Assembly: GCF_000143415.4 (NCBI RefSeq)
Contig: NW_003314300.1
Location: 1,595,014-1,659,013, forward strand
Direction of reading: 5' to 3'
Source of the DNA: Selaginella moellendorffii
Lineage: Eukaryota; Plantae; Lycopodiophyta
Length of the DNA stretch: 64,000 nucleotides
The notes beneath the pieces are model-generated. The model made no database searches and had not been told where the DNA came from. It saw only the letters and a list, made by a program, of their open reading frames with translations. Below, piece after piece: positions 12,591 through 24,613 of this stretch (its first letter is position 1; each line of letters starts with the position of its first letter). A program made the translations under genes and the position numbers.

Positions 12591-13388
12591 AATTTGATTT
12601 GATCCATTGAAATTAATTTCAATGTGATCTAAAAAGAAATTACAACATTTATCAATTATTTTTCTTTCAAGTTATGCATGGTATAACAACTATATTGTAG
12701 ATTGAGATGTGAAATCTTTCAAGGAAATTTATAATTTTGCATTTTGCATTTGAAAGCTATGAAAAGAAATAACAATAAATGAGATAAATGAGATAAAGAT
12801 GAATGGGGTTCATAGCAAATGTATAAAACTTTATATTGTATAACATATTAAAAAATCCTTTATGCAAATTTTAAATTTATAATTAATAAAATATTATTAT
12901 ATTATTATATATAATTAAAATTAAATATCAATAAAAAATTTAAATTTATTTTAAGAAATAAAAAAATACTATTAAAATTTTGACATTTTTCTTTTGAATA
13001 CCAAAAATTATTCAAGTACTTAGAAAATAAAAACTAAACCACATGAATATCTGTGTTACTTTTTATATTTTTGATGAGTTCAATCTCTAAATTTAATGAG
13101 GTGTAAAATTTATTTTTAAAGATTACTTTTAAATGCAAAGAAGAATAAATAATTTAAATATTATTTTAACATATTTAATAAAACATAATATTTAGCATCA
13201 GCCACCTTTATGCCTCTAGAAAGGTGTTAATGATAAATGCAAGGCTTGTGCTAAATGCAAAAGCCGTGTTTCCGCCATGATTATTTTATTTATACTAATA
13301 AAATTAAAATATTTTCTTTCATTAAATACTAAGTTTTTTAGAAAGTAGTACAAAAACTCAACCATATAAATTTTTGTATTACTCCATA

Positions 13389-13563
13389 TATGAGGGCCAA
13401 GTGTACGGCTATGATGCCATATACTAATATTAACATAGTGGGATTTGATAATTGTCAGATTGGTTTCAATCCGGACTACTCACTCTTGTATATAAACTAG
13501 GGATTTTGGGATAATTGATATACACATTTTTTATATTCCCTTTCCATATTTCAAGCATTCATA
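13389..13563 (+). repeat. 5' LTR of Gypsy element, followed by PBS TGGTAGAGGTGAGGGG (13565-13580)
   Basis: Aligns end-to-end with 21615-21790; termini decayed to TA...TA. Confidence 0.88.
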
Positions 13564-16500
13564 TTGGTAGAGGTGAGGGGCAATTTTCCTTATCCCTGAG
13601 GAGTGCTTAGATTTGGGATTTTGGTTTAGATATAGCTTTTGCATTGTTTAGATCTAGTTTTTTCCATTCTCTTTCTTTTGTTCTTTCTTTTCAGGATTTT
13701 GGTTTAGATCTAACTTTTCCATTGTCTACATCTCTCTTTCTTTATAGTTTTTTCTCATTTCCCTTTTTTTGTTTTTTCCTTTTCATTCATTTTCATGGTA
13801 GAGTAGTAGTCTCCTCTTTTGACTTTGGAGTAGCAATTGGTATAATTGTTTGATGCCATGCATTTGCAATTGAACAACCAGACTCAATTGATAGCAACAT
13901 TCATGGCACGTGGTACAACTCCTTCTACTCTTGGTGCCAATCTTCACGTTTGGCCGGAGTTCTTTTGTGGGAATCCTGGGGATGATATATACCATTAGTT
14001 TGATCACTTCACAGTGATTGCCACATATCATTCTTGGGATGATGTTCGACGTTTGCATAAGTTTCTCACATGTCTCCAAGGGACGGCATTGCAGTGGTAC
14101 AATGGTTTGAGCACAGCCACTTGGGGGGATTGAAGTGTTCTCCCGGATGTCTTCAAACATGCATTCAGATATGTCGACAATTGTGATGATGTTCAACAAT
14201 TGCATCGTCTTCGTCAAGGGCCATCTGAGTCGGTGATGCAATTTGGTGTTTGTTTCCAAAGCCTCTTGCTTCGTGTGGAGCCAAATATATCTGAGCGGAT
14301 CAAGTTAGAAATGTTGTGGCCAGCACTTCGTCAAAATCTTGTCAGACTTGTGCATGCACTTGCTCCCGCCACCCTTGACAATCCTCTTTGCTTGGCACAA
14401 TGTTATGAGACTTCGCCTTTTCCACTTTTCGCTGCATGTCCTTTAGCTCCACTTCCTATGGGTGATGGTCCTATTCCAATGGAGGTTGATGTTATTGCTG
14501 CTTGAGTTCAAAGACAAAGGCGAGGCCATGGCCTTGGTCGTGATGTTTGTTACTAGGCGTGTGATGAAGTTGGTCACACTTATAATTCCAGATTGGCAGC
14601 CACCACTTCCTAGGTAGAGATTTTGGCGTCAACAACGTCCTGTTGGTGTTAGTGTAGTGGAACGTTTGGACACCGAGATGCATCTGGGAAACAAGGAGTC
14701 ACACGAGTAACAAAGGGATCTTGCGCGAATAAGTCAGTGACCCCTCCATCTTTCTTTCGGGAGTATTATCAAGCAGTTCACTTAGCACTAGTTTATCCAA
14801 TGTTTACTTTCCAAGCTTGTTTTTATAACAAGCAATCTCCTATTATTCTCTCCGTGTTGGTTGATACATGTTTGAATTTATCTTCTATTGTTTGATATAT
14901 TGTCACACGTTGCCATATACACTTGCGTTGTGTAGTAGAGTCAGTTTTCATTCTTTATGGCAACAACTGTACACATGCATGTGTATAGGATGAGGCGGAC
15001 CTGGTTGTGCGTTTGGGCAATTTTGAGCTTGGGTTGCAATCATTGTGGGTGGTGCCGAGTCAAGCTTTTGACCTCATCCTTGGTATAGATAGGTTGCAGC
15101 ACAATCATGCCAAGTATGACTTTGAGGCTTCTCCCCCTTGTCTCATACTTTTTTATATTTCATCCATTCTTCTCACTTCTGTACTTCTTTGTCAATATAC
15201 TTCTACCTCTGCTTCCATTACTTTTGTCCCCCCACTATTTACTCCTATGTTTCCATCTTGTTCTGCTCTTCCCTTTTTCGATCCCTCCGATAATCTTTAT
15301 GCTGTAGCAGTTGACCAGCTTATGAAGAAGTATTCTGATCTCTTTGAATTTGACCTATTGTTTGGGGCCAAGATTGCCACACGTCATCCGATTCTAACCT
15401 GGGATGCTCGTCCAATCAAGGTTTTTATTCGTCGTTGATCACCCAAAGAGATCAAGATTTTACATACAAACGTCAAGGAGATGTTAGAGAAGGGTGTTAT
15501 TTGGAAGTCACGGAATCCTTGGGCATGTGAACCTTATTCTGTCATGAAGCTTAATGGAAGTATTCGTTTCTGCATTGACTATCGTTTATTAAATGAAGTG
15601 ACAATCCCAGATGTGTACCCTCTTCCTCACACTATTGATCTCTTGAATCATCTGGGGTGAAGTCGTTGATTCACCAAGCTTGATCTTGCTTCTGGTTACT
15701 GGCAAGTACCGATGGCCGAAAATGATATTCCTAAGACTACTTTTCATACACCATTTGGTTTGTATGAATTCTTGGTGATGCCATTTGGTTAGAACTATGC
15801 TCCAACAACTTTCCAACGGATGATGGATGAGGTTTTTTGTGATATGCTAAAGGTGACTGTTGATTTCATCGATGATGTCTTGATTCACTCGAAAAGGACG
15901 TGGGAGGAGCACATTCGTAATGTTTGTAAAGTGTTGAATTGGCTATGCAACGTTGGTTTAAAACTGAAGTGGTCAAAGTGCATATTTGGATCCCAGGACA
16001 TGACTTATCTTGGGTACCGTATTTCTCGTGAGGGTTTGCAAATTGATCTTGACAAACTTGTGGCTATTCTAAAATTCCCTACTCTGAATATCTCGGTGCA
16101 ATATCTCGGTCATTTTGTGGATCATCTTTCTAATCGCACTGCCATTGCAATCGTTGCTGAAGTTATCAATGTCATCTTTCATTTGGTCTCCGGATTGTGA
16201 GTAGGCGTTTATGGATCTTAAAGAGCTGTTGATGACTCCTCCAATTTTAGCATATCCTCACTACACTCAACCTTTTATTTTGCTCATGGATGCTTCTGAT
16301 ATTGGTTTTGGAAGTGTGTTGATGCAAGAAAGCTTGAGTGTGCCTGGTCAATGCCACCCTATTGCATATATAAACCATACGTTACAACCAGTGGAAGTGA
16401 ACTACTCCACGACAGAGAAGGAGTGTTTAGCAGTAGTTTGGAGTTTCGAGAAACTTCATGCATATCTACATGGTTCTCGGATGTTACTTGAAGGTGATCA

Positions 16501-17943
16501 TGTTGCTGTTACTTCATTATTGAAGCGAAAGAACCTGGTTAATCCTACTGCTCAATGGGCTTTGAAGCTTTAGATATATGATTTTGATATTGTTCATTGC
16601 CCAATGAGTTCTATGGCTAATGCGGATGCCCTTTCTCAAGCTCCTCTTCCTTCTCCGCTCTCTTCTCATGTTTCTGACGAGTCTGTTGTTCCAATGTTTA
16701 TAGATTTTCTAGACAATGATTTTGTGCCGCCGGCAGTTGTTGTACCTGACGTTCAGTGTCCACAAGATGCAGAGAAAGATCTACCTTCTCTGAAGGAGGT
16801 TCGCAAGGCTCAAAAGATTGAGCTGTGGATTCGAAGGTTTTGAGATGGGTTTGAGAATCTTGCATCACTTGCTAATGATTTGCCCTTCCGGCATTTACAT
16901 TCTCAATATTGCCTTGAATAAGGCTTTCTTTATTTTGTGAAAACGGATTCTGATGATCCTTTATGGCTGGTGGTGCCTTCCATCTTTATTCCACAGTTTC
17001 TCCATGCCTACCACGATTCTCCTATTTTAGGTGGGTATATAAGACATCATCGTGTGACCGAGAAGCTACACAAGTCTTTCTATTGGCCGGAGATGCGACG
17101 TGATGTTATCTGGTATGTGTATAGTTGTGTTTGGTGCCAAGCTCATAATACTCCCCCTCGTGCCGTAGAACGATAGTTGGAGTCAATTACAGTTTCCCAT
17201 CTGTTTGAGTTGGTGGTGCTTGATCTTATGGGACCTTTTCCACGATCGATTGTTAGCAATGAATATGTTATTATTGCTTCTGACTATTTGACTCATTAGG
17301 TGGAAGTTAGTGCTCTTACTAGTGCCTTTGCAACTATTGTGGGATACTTCCTCCTTAATCAAGTGGTGTTCCAACATTCTTGTCCGGAGCGGATTCTTTC
17401 GGATAATGGTCCCGCATTTATGGCTGAGGCATTTCATATTTTGATGTCTCAGTTGGGGATATGCCACACTTTCATGAGTGCTTATTATCCATAGTCAGAC
17501 GGTTTGGTGGTACGGCTCATTCAGAAATTCAAAGGAATGATCGCAAAGTACGTGAACTTTCGACATTCGGATTGGGATGGTTATTTGTCGTCTCTTCGAT
17601 ATGCATATATCACAGGGGTGTAGAGTTCTGTTGGTGTTTCACCATATAAACTTCTATATGGTCATGATCCAATATTACCGACGGAGTTGGGTTTACCTTC
17701 ACGATTGCCCCTGTGAGACACAAAATCCCTAGGCCCCAAAGTGGAGCCGGAAAGGGTGCCACGTGGTAGTGGCTGAAGCGAGAGCCAAACGAGCGTAACA
17801 CGTTTGGACCAAAAGCTCCGACTTGAAAAGTCAAGAGCGGGAGTGGAACTCCCAACGAAGTGCTCGAGGAACGAGCACGAAGCGAGCAAAAAGCGAGGCT
17901 CCAAAAAGGGACCCAAAAGGACCAACACATGACACGTGGAAGT

Positions 17944-18417
17944 GTCCGAGATGGACCCGAGTTGGAGTCCGAAGTGGAGTCCGAGATGGACCCGAGTTGG
18001 AGTCCGAAGTGGAGTCCGAGATGGAGTCCGAGATGGAGTCCGAGGTGGACCCGAGATGGACCCGAAATGGAGTCCGAGATGGAGTTCGAGATGGAGTCCG
18101 AGGTGGACCCGAGATGGACCCAAAATGGAGTCCGAGATGGAGTCCGAGATGGACCCGAGATGGAGTCCGAGATGGACCCGAAATGGAGTCCGAGATGGAC
18201 CCGAGATGGAGTCCGAGATGGACCCGAGATGGAGTCCGAGATGGAGTCCGAGATGGAGTCCGAGATGGAGTCCGAAGTCGAGACCGAGACCGGGACCGAG
18301 ACCGAGACCGAGATCGGGACCGAGACCAAGACTGAGGCCAAGGGCAAGGCCGAGGCCGAGTCTGAGTCCGAATCCGAGTCCGAGTCCGAGTCCGAGTCCG
18401 AGTCCGAGTCCGAGTTC
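17944..18417 (+). repeat. Minisatellite of GGAGTCCGAGAT / GGACCCGAGAT (11-12-mers) grading into (CCGAGA/CCGAGT)n hexamers
   Basis: Directly visible tandem array; explains the low-complexity MESE/WSPR/RTR ORFs. Confidence 0.92.
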
Positions 18418-19105
18418 GAAGCCTGAGAGGGTGAAAGCCCAAAGCGTTCGTCTCCCAGACCCTAGGGGGTTTGGTGAGCTCCAAAAGTATAGTAGGGGGG
18501 AGGACTGCAGTGGAGCCAGTTTGGCCAGGAAAGGCCAGTTTGGCCCAGGAAGGCCGGACCCAGTGTTGGGTGATGAGCTGCCCACTAGGAAGTCCAAGAC
18601 TAGAGTGAACACAGACCGAAAAGCGGGGTAGCTTGGTGAAGTGTTCAAGAGCCGGCTCTAGTTCCCCCGGGAGATCGACTGGCCGATGCTCCCAGTCCAA
18701 GTGTGGGTGGCACTACCTACTTGGATACCTGGTGTGGCTCAACGGAACTCGCTCTAAGCCCATGGCTAGAGCACCCAAGGGCAGAAGGCGAGGAGAGTAC
18801 CTAGGTGGCTCGCGTAAGGCCACGGTGTTCCGAAATGTTGTCCCAAAGGCCCAAACTGTGGAAAGGAAGAGGAGCAGTCCTCTGGGGTAGTGACCAAGGA
18901 CACAGTCGTGTGGTGAGGAAGTCCCAGAGGACCATGGGACTTAGTGGTCGGGCCTGTGGGTCTTGATCCAGTGGCAGTGTTGGCAAACACGGCCAGGGGC
19001 AGAAAGGGACTTAGTGGGGACTGACAGAGGGATATTGGGGAAGGCTATTCCCCTTGTCGGTGGGCATCCTAAGGATGCTAAGGAGTGGATCTGAGATGAC
19101 CACTC

Positions 19106-20850
19106 TGTAAGCGACTAAATTTTCCATTCTACTTTAGTCATTTAACCACACCTCTGACCACTTGGAGGAGTCTCATTCACAACCTCCATAAGTCCAATCC
19201 AGGACTTGGGACTTGCTAGCCCCGAGAATGGCATCCATGCCACTCAACATTTGCACTTGGTCCGAGTGCTCCACGTGTCCGATCCCATGACCGACACTCA
19301 AATGTACCACCGACATAGCAGCCCGTTACGCTAAGGCCATGCCCAATCACCTTTGCCACACTGGTAGTCCAATACCACTTGCATCACCGTCTTGGCTCTC
19401 CAAGACTAGGCAAACCATCCGTGAGTGGTCATCTCAGATCCACTCCTTAGCATCCTTAGGATGCCCACCGACAAGGGGAATAGCCTTCCCCAATATCCCT
19501 CTGTCAGTCCCCACTAAGTCCCTTTCTGCCCCTGGCCGTGTTTGCCAACACTGCCACTGGATCGAGACCCACAGGCCCGACCACTAAGTCCCACGGTCCT
19601 CTGGGACTTCCTCACCACACGACTGTGTCCTTGGTCACTACCCCAGAGGACTGCTCCTCTTCCTTTCCACAGTTTGGGCCTTTGGGACAACATTTCGGAA
19701 CACCGTGGCCTTACGCGAGCCACCTAGGTACTCTCCTCGCCTTCTGCCCTTGGGTGCTCTAGCCATGGGCTTAGAGCGGGTTCCGTTGAGCCACACCAGG
19801 TATCCATGTAGGTAGTGCCACCCACACTTGGACTGGGAGCATCGGCCAGTCGATCTCCCGGGGGAACTAGAGCCGGCTCTTGAACACTTCACCAAGCTAC
19901 CCCGCTTGTCGGTCTGTGTTCACTCTAGTCTTGGACTTCCCAGTGGGCAGCTCATCACCCAACACTGGGTCCGGCCTTCCTAGGCCAAACTGGCCTTTCC
20001 TGGCCAAACTGGCTCCACTGCAGTCCTCCCCCTACTATACTTTTGGAGCTCACCAAACCCCCCAGGGTCTGGGAGACGAACGCTTTGGGCTTTCACCCTC
20101 TCAGGCTTCGAACTCGGACTCGGACTCGGACTCGGACTCGGACTCGGACTCGGACTCGGACTCGGACTCGGATTCGGACTCGGACTCGGCCTCGGCCTCA
20201 GCCTCGGTCTCGGTCTCGGTCCCGATCTCGGTCTCGGTCTCGGTCCCGGTCTCGGTCTTGGTCCCGGTCTCGACTTCGGACTCCATCTCGGGTCCATCTC
20301 AGACTCCAACTCGGACTCCACCTCGGACTCCATCTCGGGTCCTTCTCGGGTTCATCTCGGACTCCATCTCGGGTCCATCTCGGGTCCATCTCGGACTCCA
20401 TCTCGGACTCCACTTCGGACTCCATATCGGACTCCACTTCGGGTCCATCTCGGACTCCACTTCGGGTCCATCTCGGACTCCACTTCGGGTCCATCTCGGA
20501 CTCCATCTCGGACTCCACTTCGGACTCCATATTGGACTCCACTTCGGGTCCATCTCGGACTCCACTTCGGGTCCATCTCGGACTCCAACTCGGGTCCGCC
20601 TCGGACTCCATCTCGGACACTTCCATGTGTCATGTGTTGGTCCTTTTTGGGTCCCTTTTTGAAGCCTCGCTTATTGCTCTCTTTGTGCTTGTTCCTCGAG
20701 CACTTCGTTGGGAGTTCCACTCCCGCTCTTGACTTTTCAAGTCGGAGCTTTTGGTCCAAACGTGTTACGCTCGTTTGGCTCTCGCTTCGGCCACTACCAT
20801 GTGGCGCCCTTCCGGCTCCACTTTGGGGCCTAGGGATTTTGTGTCTCACA
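19106..20850 (-). mobile_element. Second copy of the same solo-LTR family (1745 bp), inserted in opposite orientation inside the first
   Basis: TGTAAG...CTCACA termini with 5-bp TSD CACTC (19101-19105, 20851-20855); its reverse complement reconstitutes the uninterrupted outer element. Confidence 0.9.
20109..20617 (-). repeat. Reverse-complement copy of the same minisatellite with a different unit order and number
   Basis: (CTCGGA)n and ATCTCGGACTCC units inside the inner solo-LTR. Confidence 0.92.
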
Positions 20851-21614
20851 CACTCACGGATGGTTTGCCTAGTCTTGGAGAGCCGAGACGGTGATGCAAG
20901 TGGTATTGGACTACTAGTGTGGCAAAGGTGATTGGGCATGGCCTTAGCGTAACAGGCTGCTATGTCGGTGGTACCTTTGAGTGTCGGTCATGGGATCGGA
21001 CACGTGGAGCACTTGGACCAAGTGCAAATGTTGAGTGGCATGGATGCCATTCTCGGGGCTAGCAAGTCCCAAGTCCTGGATTGGACTTATGGAGGTTGTG
21101 AATGAGACTCCTCCAAGTGGTCAGAGGTGTGGTTAAGTGACTAAAGTAGAATGGAAAATTTAGTCGCTTACAGCCCCAAACTGCCAATGCTAAGTCATGG
21201 GATCAGTATTTGACGATCATTTTTCCACTTGTCCGAGCAGAGTTTGCCGAACACTTAGGCCGCATACAAGTGGGACAACAACAGCACTACAACTCCCATC
21301 ATCGTCCATTTGTGGAGTACAAAGTGGATAACTTGGCGTTGGTCCATTTTCCCCATCTTACGATACGTGGTTTATTTAAGGGGTTTCTTACTCAGTAGAA
21401 AGGACTATATCAAGTGTTGCGGCAAGTTGGACCATAAGTTTATGAAGTTTGGCATGACGTCAAGCAGGCTGATCCTCTAGAAATTGTGCACGTATAGCTA
21501 TTGAAATGCTTCATACCAAGGGATTCGGATCACTTGGTATGATGTTCCTCTAGATCTCAGCCTATATATAATAAAACCCTGATGGTCTTTCATTATTCTG
21601 AGAGGAGGGGATGA

Positions 21615-21790
21615 TGTGAGGGCCAAGTGTATGACTACAATGCTATATATTAATATTAGCGTAGTGGGATTTTGGTAGTTGTTGGATTGGTTTTGATCTG
21701 GATTACTTGCTCCTGTATATAAGCTAGAGTTTTTGGGCTAATTGATATGCACATTTTCTGTATTCCCTTTCCATATTCCAAGCACTCACA
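21615..21790 (+). repeat. 3' LTR of Gypsy element, preceded by PPT GAGAGGAGGGGA
   Basis: Perfect 6-bp terminal inverted repeat TGTGAG...CTCACA; homologous to 13389-13563. Confidence 0.9.
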
Positions 21791-22474
21791 CATATATTTT
21801 TGGAATATTATTCTTACATAAAATTCCTAATTTAAATATATGTATTTAATGGGTGTCATATTTTTTTAAAAATATATTTAATATATATATATAAAGGTTT
21901 TATTTTGGTCACAAAAAACATAAAGTCCAAAAATGCCATGATGATAGGTTTGTGCATAGTGATTTATGGTTTCCCAATTTGATATGCATGAGGTGAGTAA
22001 AATTTTCCAAAACTAGCAAATAATGTAACCTTATTTAGTTTTTTTTTTTTTTGCAAAAGCCCTAATTTGAGGTAATTTTATTTGTTATATTATATTTATA
22101 TACTTAAAACTTAGAAGTAAAAAATGTAATTTCCTTTAATTTAAAATTTTTATACTCTTTTTATATGTTAAATCATTTTTAAATTATATATATTATTAAT
22201 TTAAAATATTAGCATTAATAAATATTTATTATTTCAAGGGGCTAAAAAACATATTTGAATTGCAATTTATAACTTTGTAATAAATAATGAGAGTAAATTT
22301 TATAGTATTCTGAGATAACAGCAACAATAATTTAGTTTTTAGCTTATAAAGTTAAAACATTAATTACCAACTCAATGCTTAAAAGTATTAAAGTTTTATT
22401 AGGTGCTATGATACTTAAATTTTTTCTTTCTTTCTTTTCATATTATTAATAAAGTGAGTTGAATGTGAGGTGTC

Positions 22475-24613
22475 TCAGAAATGTGCGCTAGTGCCTGTAG
22501 AATGTGATACAGCTCGGCGGTACTTGTACCATCTCGCACAGATGAGGTAGAGCACCAGATTCACAGACGACACCACCGCCAGCAGCCAGTAGAAATCATC
22601 CAGTCGGCTGCGATTCAGATTATTGACGATCCATCCGCCACTGCCGCCGCCCCTGGTGACACTGTCCACCACCGATACCAGAAAGCTGCTGAGGAAGAAC
22701 CCTAGCGAGATGGTGCTGAGGAACAATCCCACTCCCAGGCTCTGCATCCCATCCGGCGATTCGCGGTAGAAGAACTCCAACTGCCCAATGTAAGTGAAGG
22801 CCTCACCTATCCCAACCAGCACGTACTGTGGGAGGATCCACAGCACGCTCATTGGAACCGGCACGTCGGGTGAGTCGAGTAGCTTGTTCTCTCTCGCGAT
22901 TCTAACTCGTCGCCTCTCGACCGTGGCAGCCACCACCATCGCCAGGATCGCCACCACCAGACCCACGCCGATTCTCTGCAGTGTCGTGATTCCTTGAGGA
23001 TGGCCCGTGAGCTTTCGCATCAGAGGTACGATGAAGCGATCATAGACCGTGACTGTGACCATGATGGTCGCGAACAGGAACGCTGCCGAGGACGCTGACG
23101 GGAAGAGGAAGCTGCCCATCTTTCTGTCCATCTTGGAGCCTTGGACGACCGAGAAGGTGAGCATCTGAGCGTAGACTGTGTAAAAGGTGATGGTGGTGGC
23201 CCAGATTGGGAGTAATCTAAGCACCATCTTGACTTCTTCGATCTGTGTTACAGTGCACAGCCTCCATGGCTTTGGATTCTCGTCGTAAATCTCGTCGTCG
23301 CTGGGTTCTAGAACCGCGGCCTTGTCGAGGAACCTGTACTGATAAGGCTGTGAGCGCAAGTTGGCGGGGCAAGATGACAAAACGACCAAACTCATATAAG
23401 TGGAGGTAACTTATCTATGCAATCTATATGCTAGAATGCTTTGTCGCGATGATAGGAGAGGGACTGGACTTATCAGCGAGGGTTTTACTTCTTTCCCTGC
23501 TCTCAACGAACTAAACTAAACTTAACGTGTTCTTCAGCGGACAGGAGAAGAAAGCAAAAGACGAACAAGCAAAGCAAAAGAAGCAGAGGAAGCAGAAAAG
23601 GATGGAGTTCACGTGCCTGAATTGATTAGTGTGCCTGGCGCTCTGGTCGGTGGCTGGATCTTCAGCGTCTTTGCCAGGGCCAAGTGACCCATACAAAGAA
23701 CTTTGGTCCCGGGGGAGCTCCAGCTTGTGCTTCCTGACAGCGGCTACGACAACTTTCGCGATGCGAGTTAAGGGGCTTCCTGACGGTGCCTTGTAGCGGT
23801 ACATGCGAGTGCCGGCCAGGAAAATGACGATGGCGAGCAGCATGGCAGCAGCGCAGATGCCGTATCCCCAGCCTCTGCCGACGTTGTCCTGGATGTAGAC
23901 GAGCACAGTGAGGGAGAAGAGAGCTCCCACCGAGATGGAAACGAAGAACCAGTTGAAAAAGTAAGACATGAGCTTCTGCTCCTTCGGTTCGTTCTTATCG
24001 AATTGATCGGCTCCGAATGCAGAGACGTTGGACTTGATGCCGCCGGTTCCCAGTGCGGAGAGGTAGAGCGCGAGATAGAGCAGGCTGAGCTGCTTGGCTT
24101 TCGCGGGAGGGCAGTCGTGGACGCAGTGAGGAGACCTCAGTGATGGAAGTGAGGTGAGAATGGTGAGAACAAGCATTCCCTGCGAAAACCATGAATCATT
24201 GTTTTTCAGCTTCTAACTCTGTACTTCTTCAGCTTACCAGGAACTGGATTGTTGCGGCGATAGCGACCGTCCAGAACCGGCCGATGTAAGTATCGGCTAT
24301 GAATCCTCCCAGAAGGCACAACATGAAAGAAGTACCCAGGAAGTTCGTGACGATGTTTGGAGCTTTGGTGTTGGAGAGGTGCAGATCGTTGGTGAGATAA
24401 GTCACCAGATTCGTGGCAACACCCAGCGTCGTCATTCGTTCGCAGAGCTCCGGTCCTGTTACGCAACCAACAGCGAAACTTAGCCTACCAGGAAGAGACA
24501 ACTTTGAACTACATACCGAAGACCAGAACGGCTCGTTTCCATCCGCCGGTAGCGGACCTGATGGCGGGATTTCCTTTGTGATCCAAGGATCCATCTCCTA
24601 CAACCTCTGCCAT
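22475..24613 (-). CDS. NPF (NRT1/PTR) nitrate/peptide transporter, NPF6/NRT1.1-like, 4 exons
   Basis: ATG 24613; TGGW, ELCERM (ExxER), TNFLGTSFMLCLLGGFIADT, LGTGGIKSNVSAFGADQFD, FRFLDKAA-like, PWRLCTVTQIEEVK, GQLEFFY. Confidence 0.93.

Larger units (their letters stand above)
17712..21172 (+). mobile_element. Solo-LTR-like element (~1.71 kb) inserted in the Gypsy integrase, itself interrupted at 19105; strand nominal
   Basis: TG...CA termini with 5-bp TSD GCCCC (17707-17711, 21173-21177); no coding capacity. Confidence 0.88.
13389..21790 (+). mobile_element. Full-length but decayed Ty3/Gypsy LTR retrotransposon (gag-PR-RT-RH-INT, no evident chromodomain)
   Basis: Two ~175-bp LTRs, PBS and PPT, CATA flanks. 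gag PIPMEVD plus degenerate CCHC (~14470-14600), protease FDLILGID, RT FIDDVLIHS, RNase H DASDIG/ADALS, integrase PERILSDNG interrupted at 17711 and resuming at 21178; many in-frame stops. Confidence 0.93.

Noticed and set aside
12600-13388. Very AT-rich tract (continuing at 21795-22470; similar at 3250-3960), possible MITE/Helitron remnant
   Set aside because: No terminal repeats, hairpin or TSD could be identified by eye.
17944-18417. CRISPR-like regular repeats
   Set aside because: Contiguous tandem units without unique spacers; eukaryotic context, no cas genes.
17712-20850. DNA transposon or foldback element with 1.4-kb terminal inverted repeats
   Set aside because: The TSD pairs (GCCCC, CACTC) fit two nested TG...CA insertions instead.
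17610-20939. Long ORFs in all frames (MESE-, WSPR-, RTR-, SDS-rich), superficially SR-like proteins
   Set aside because: Artefacts of a stop-free minisatellite inside solo-LTRs.
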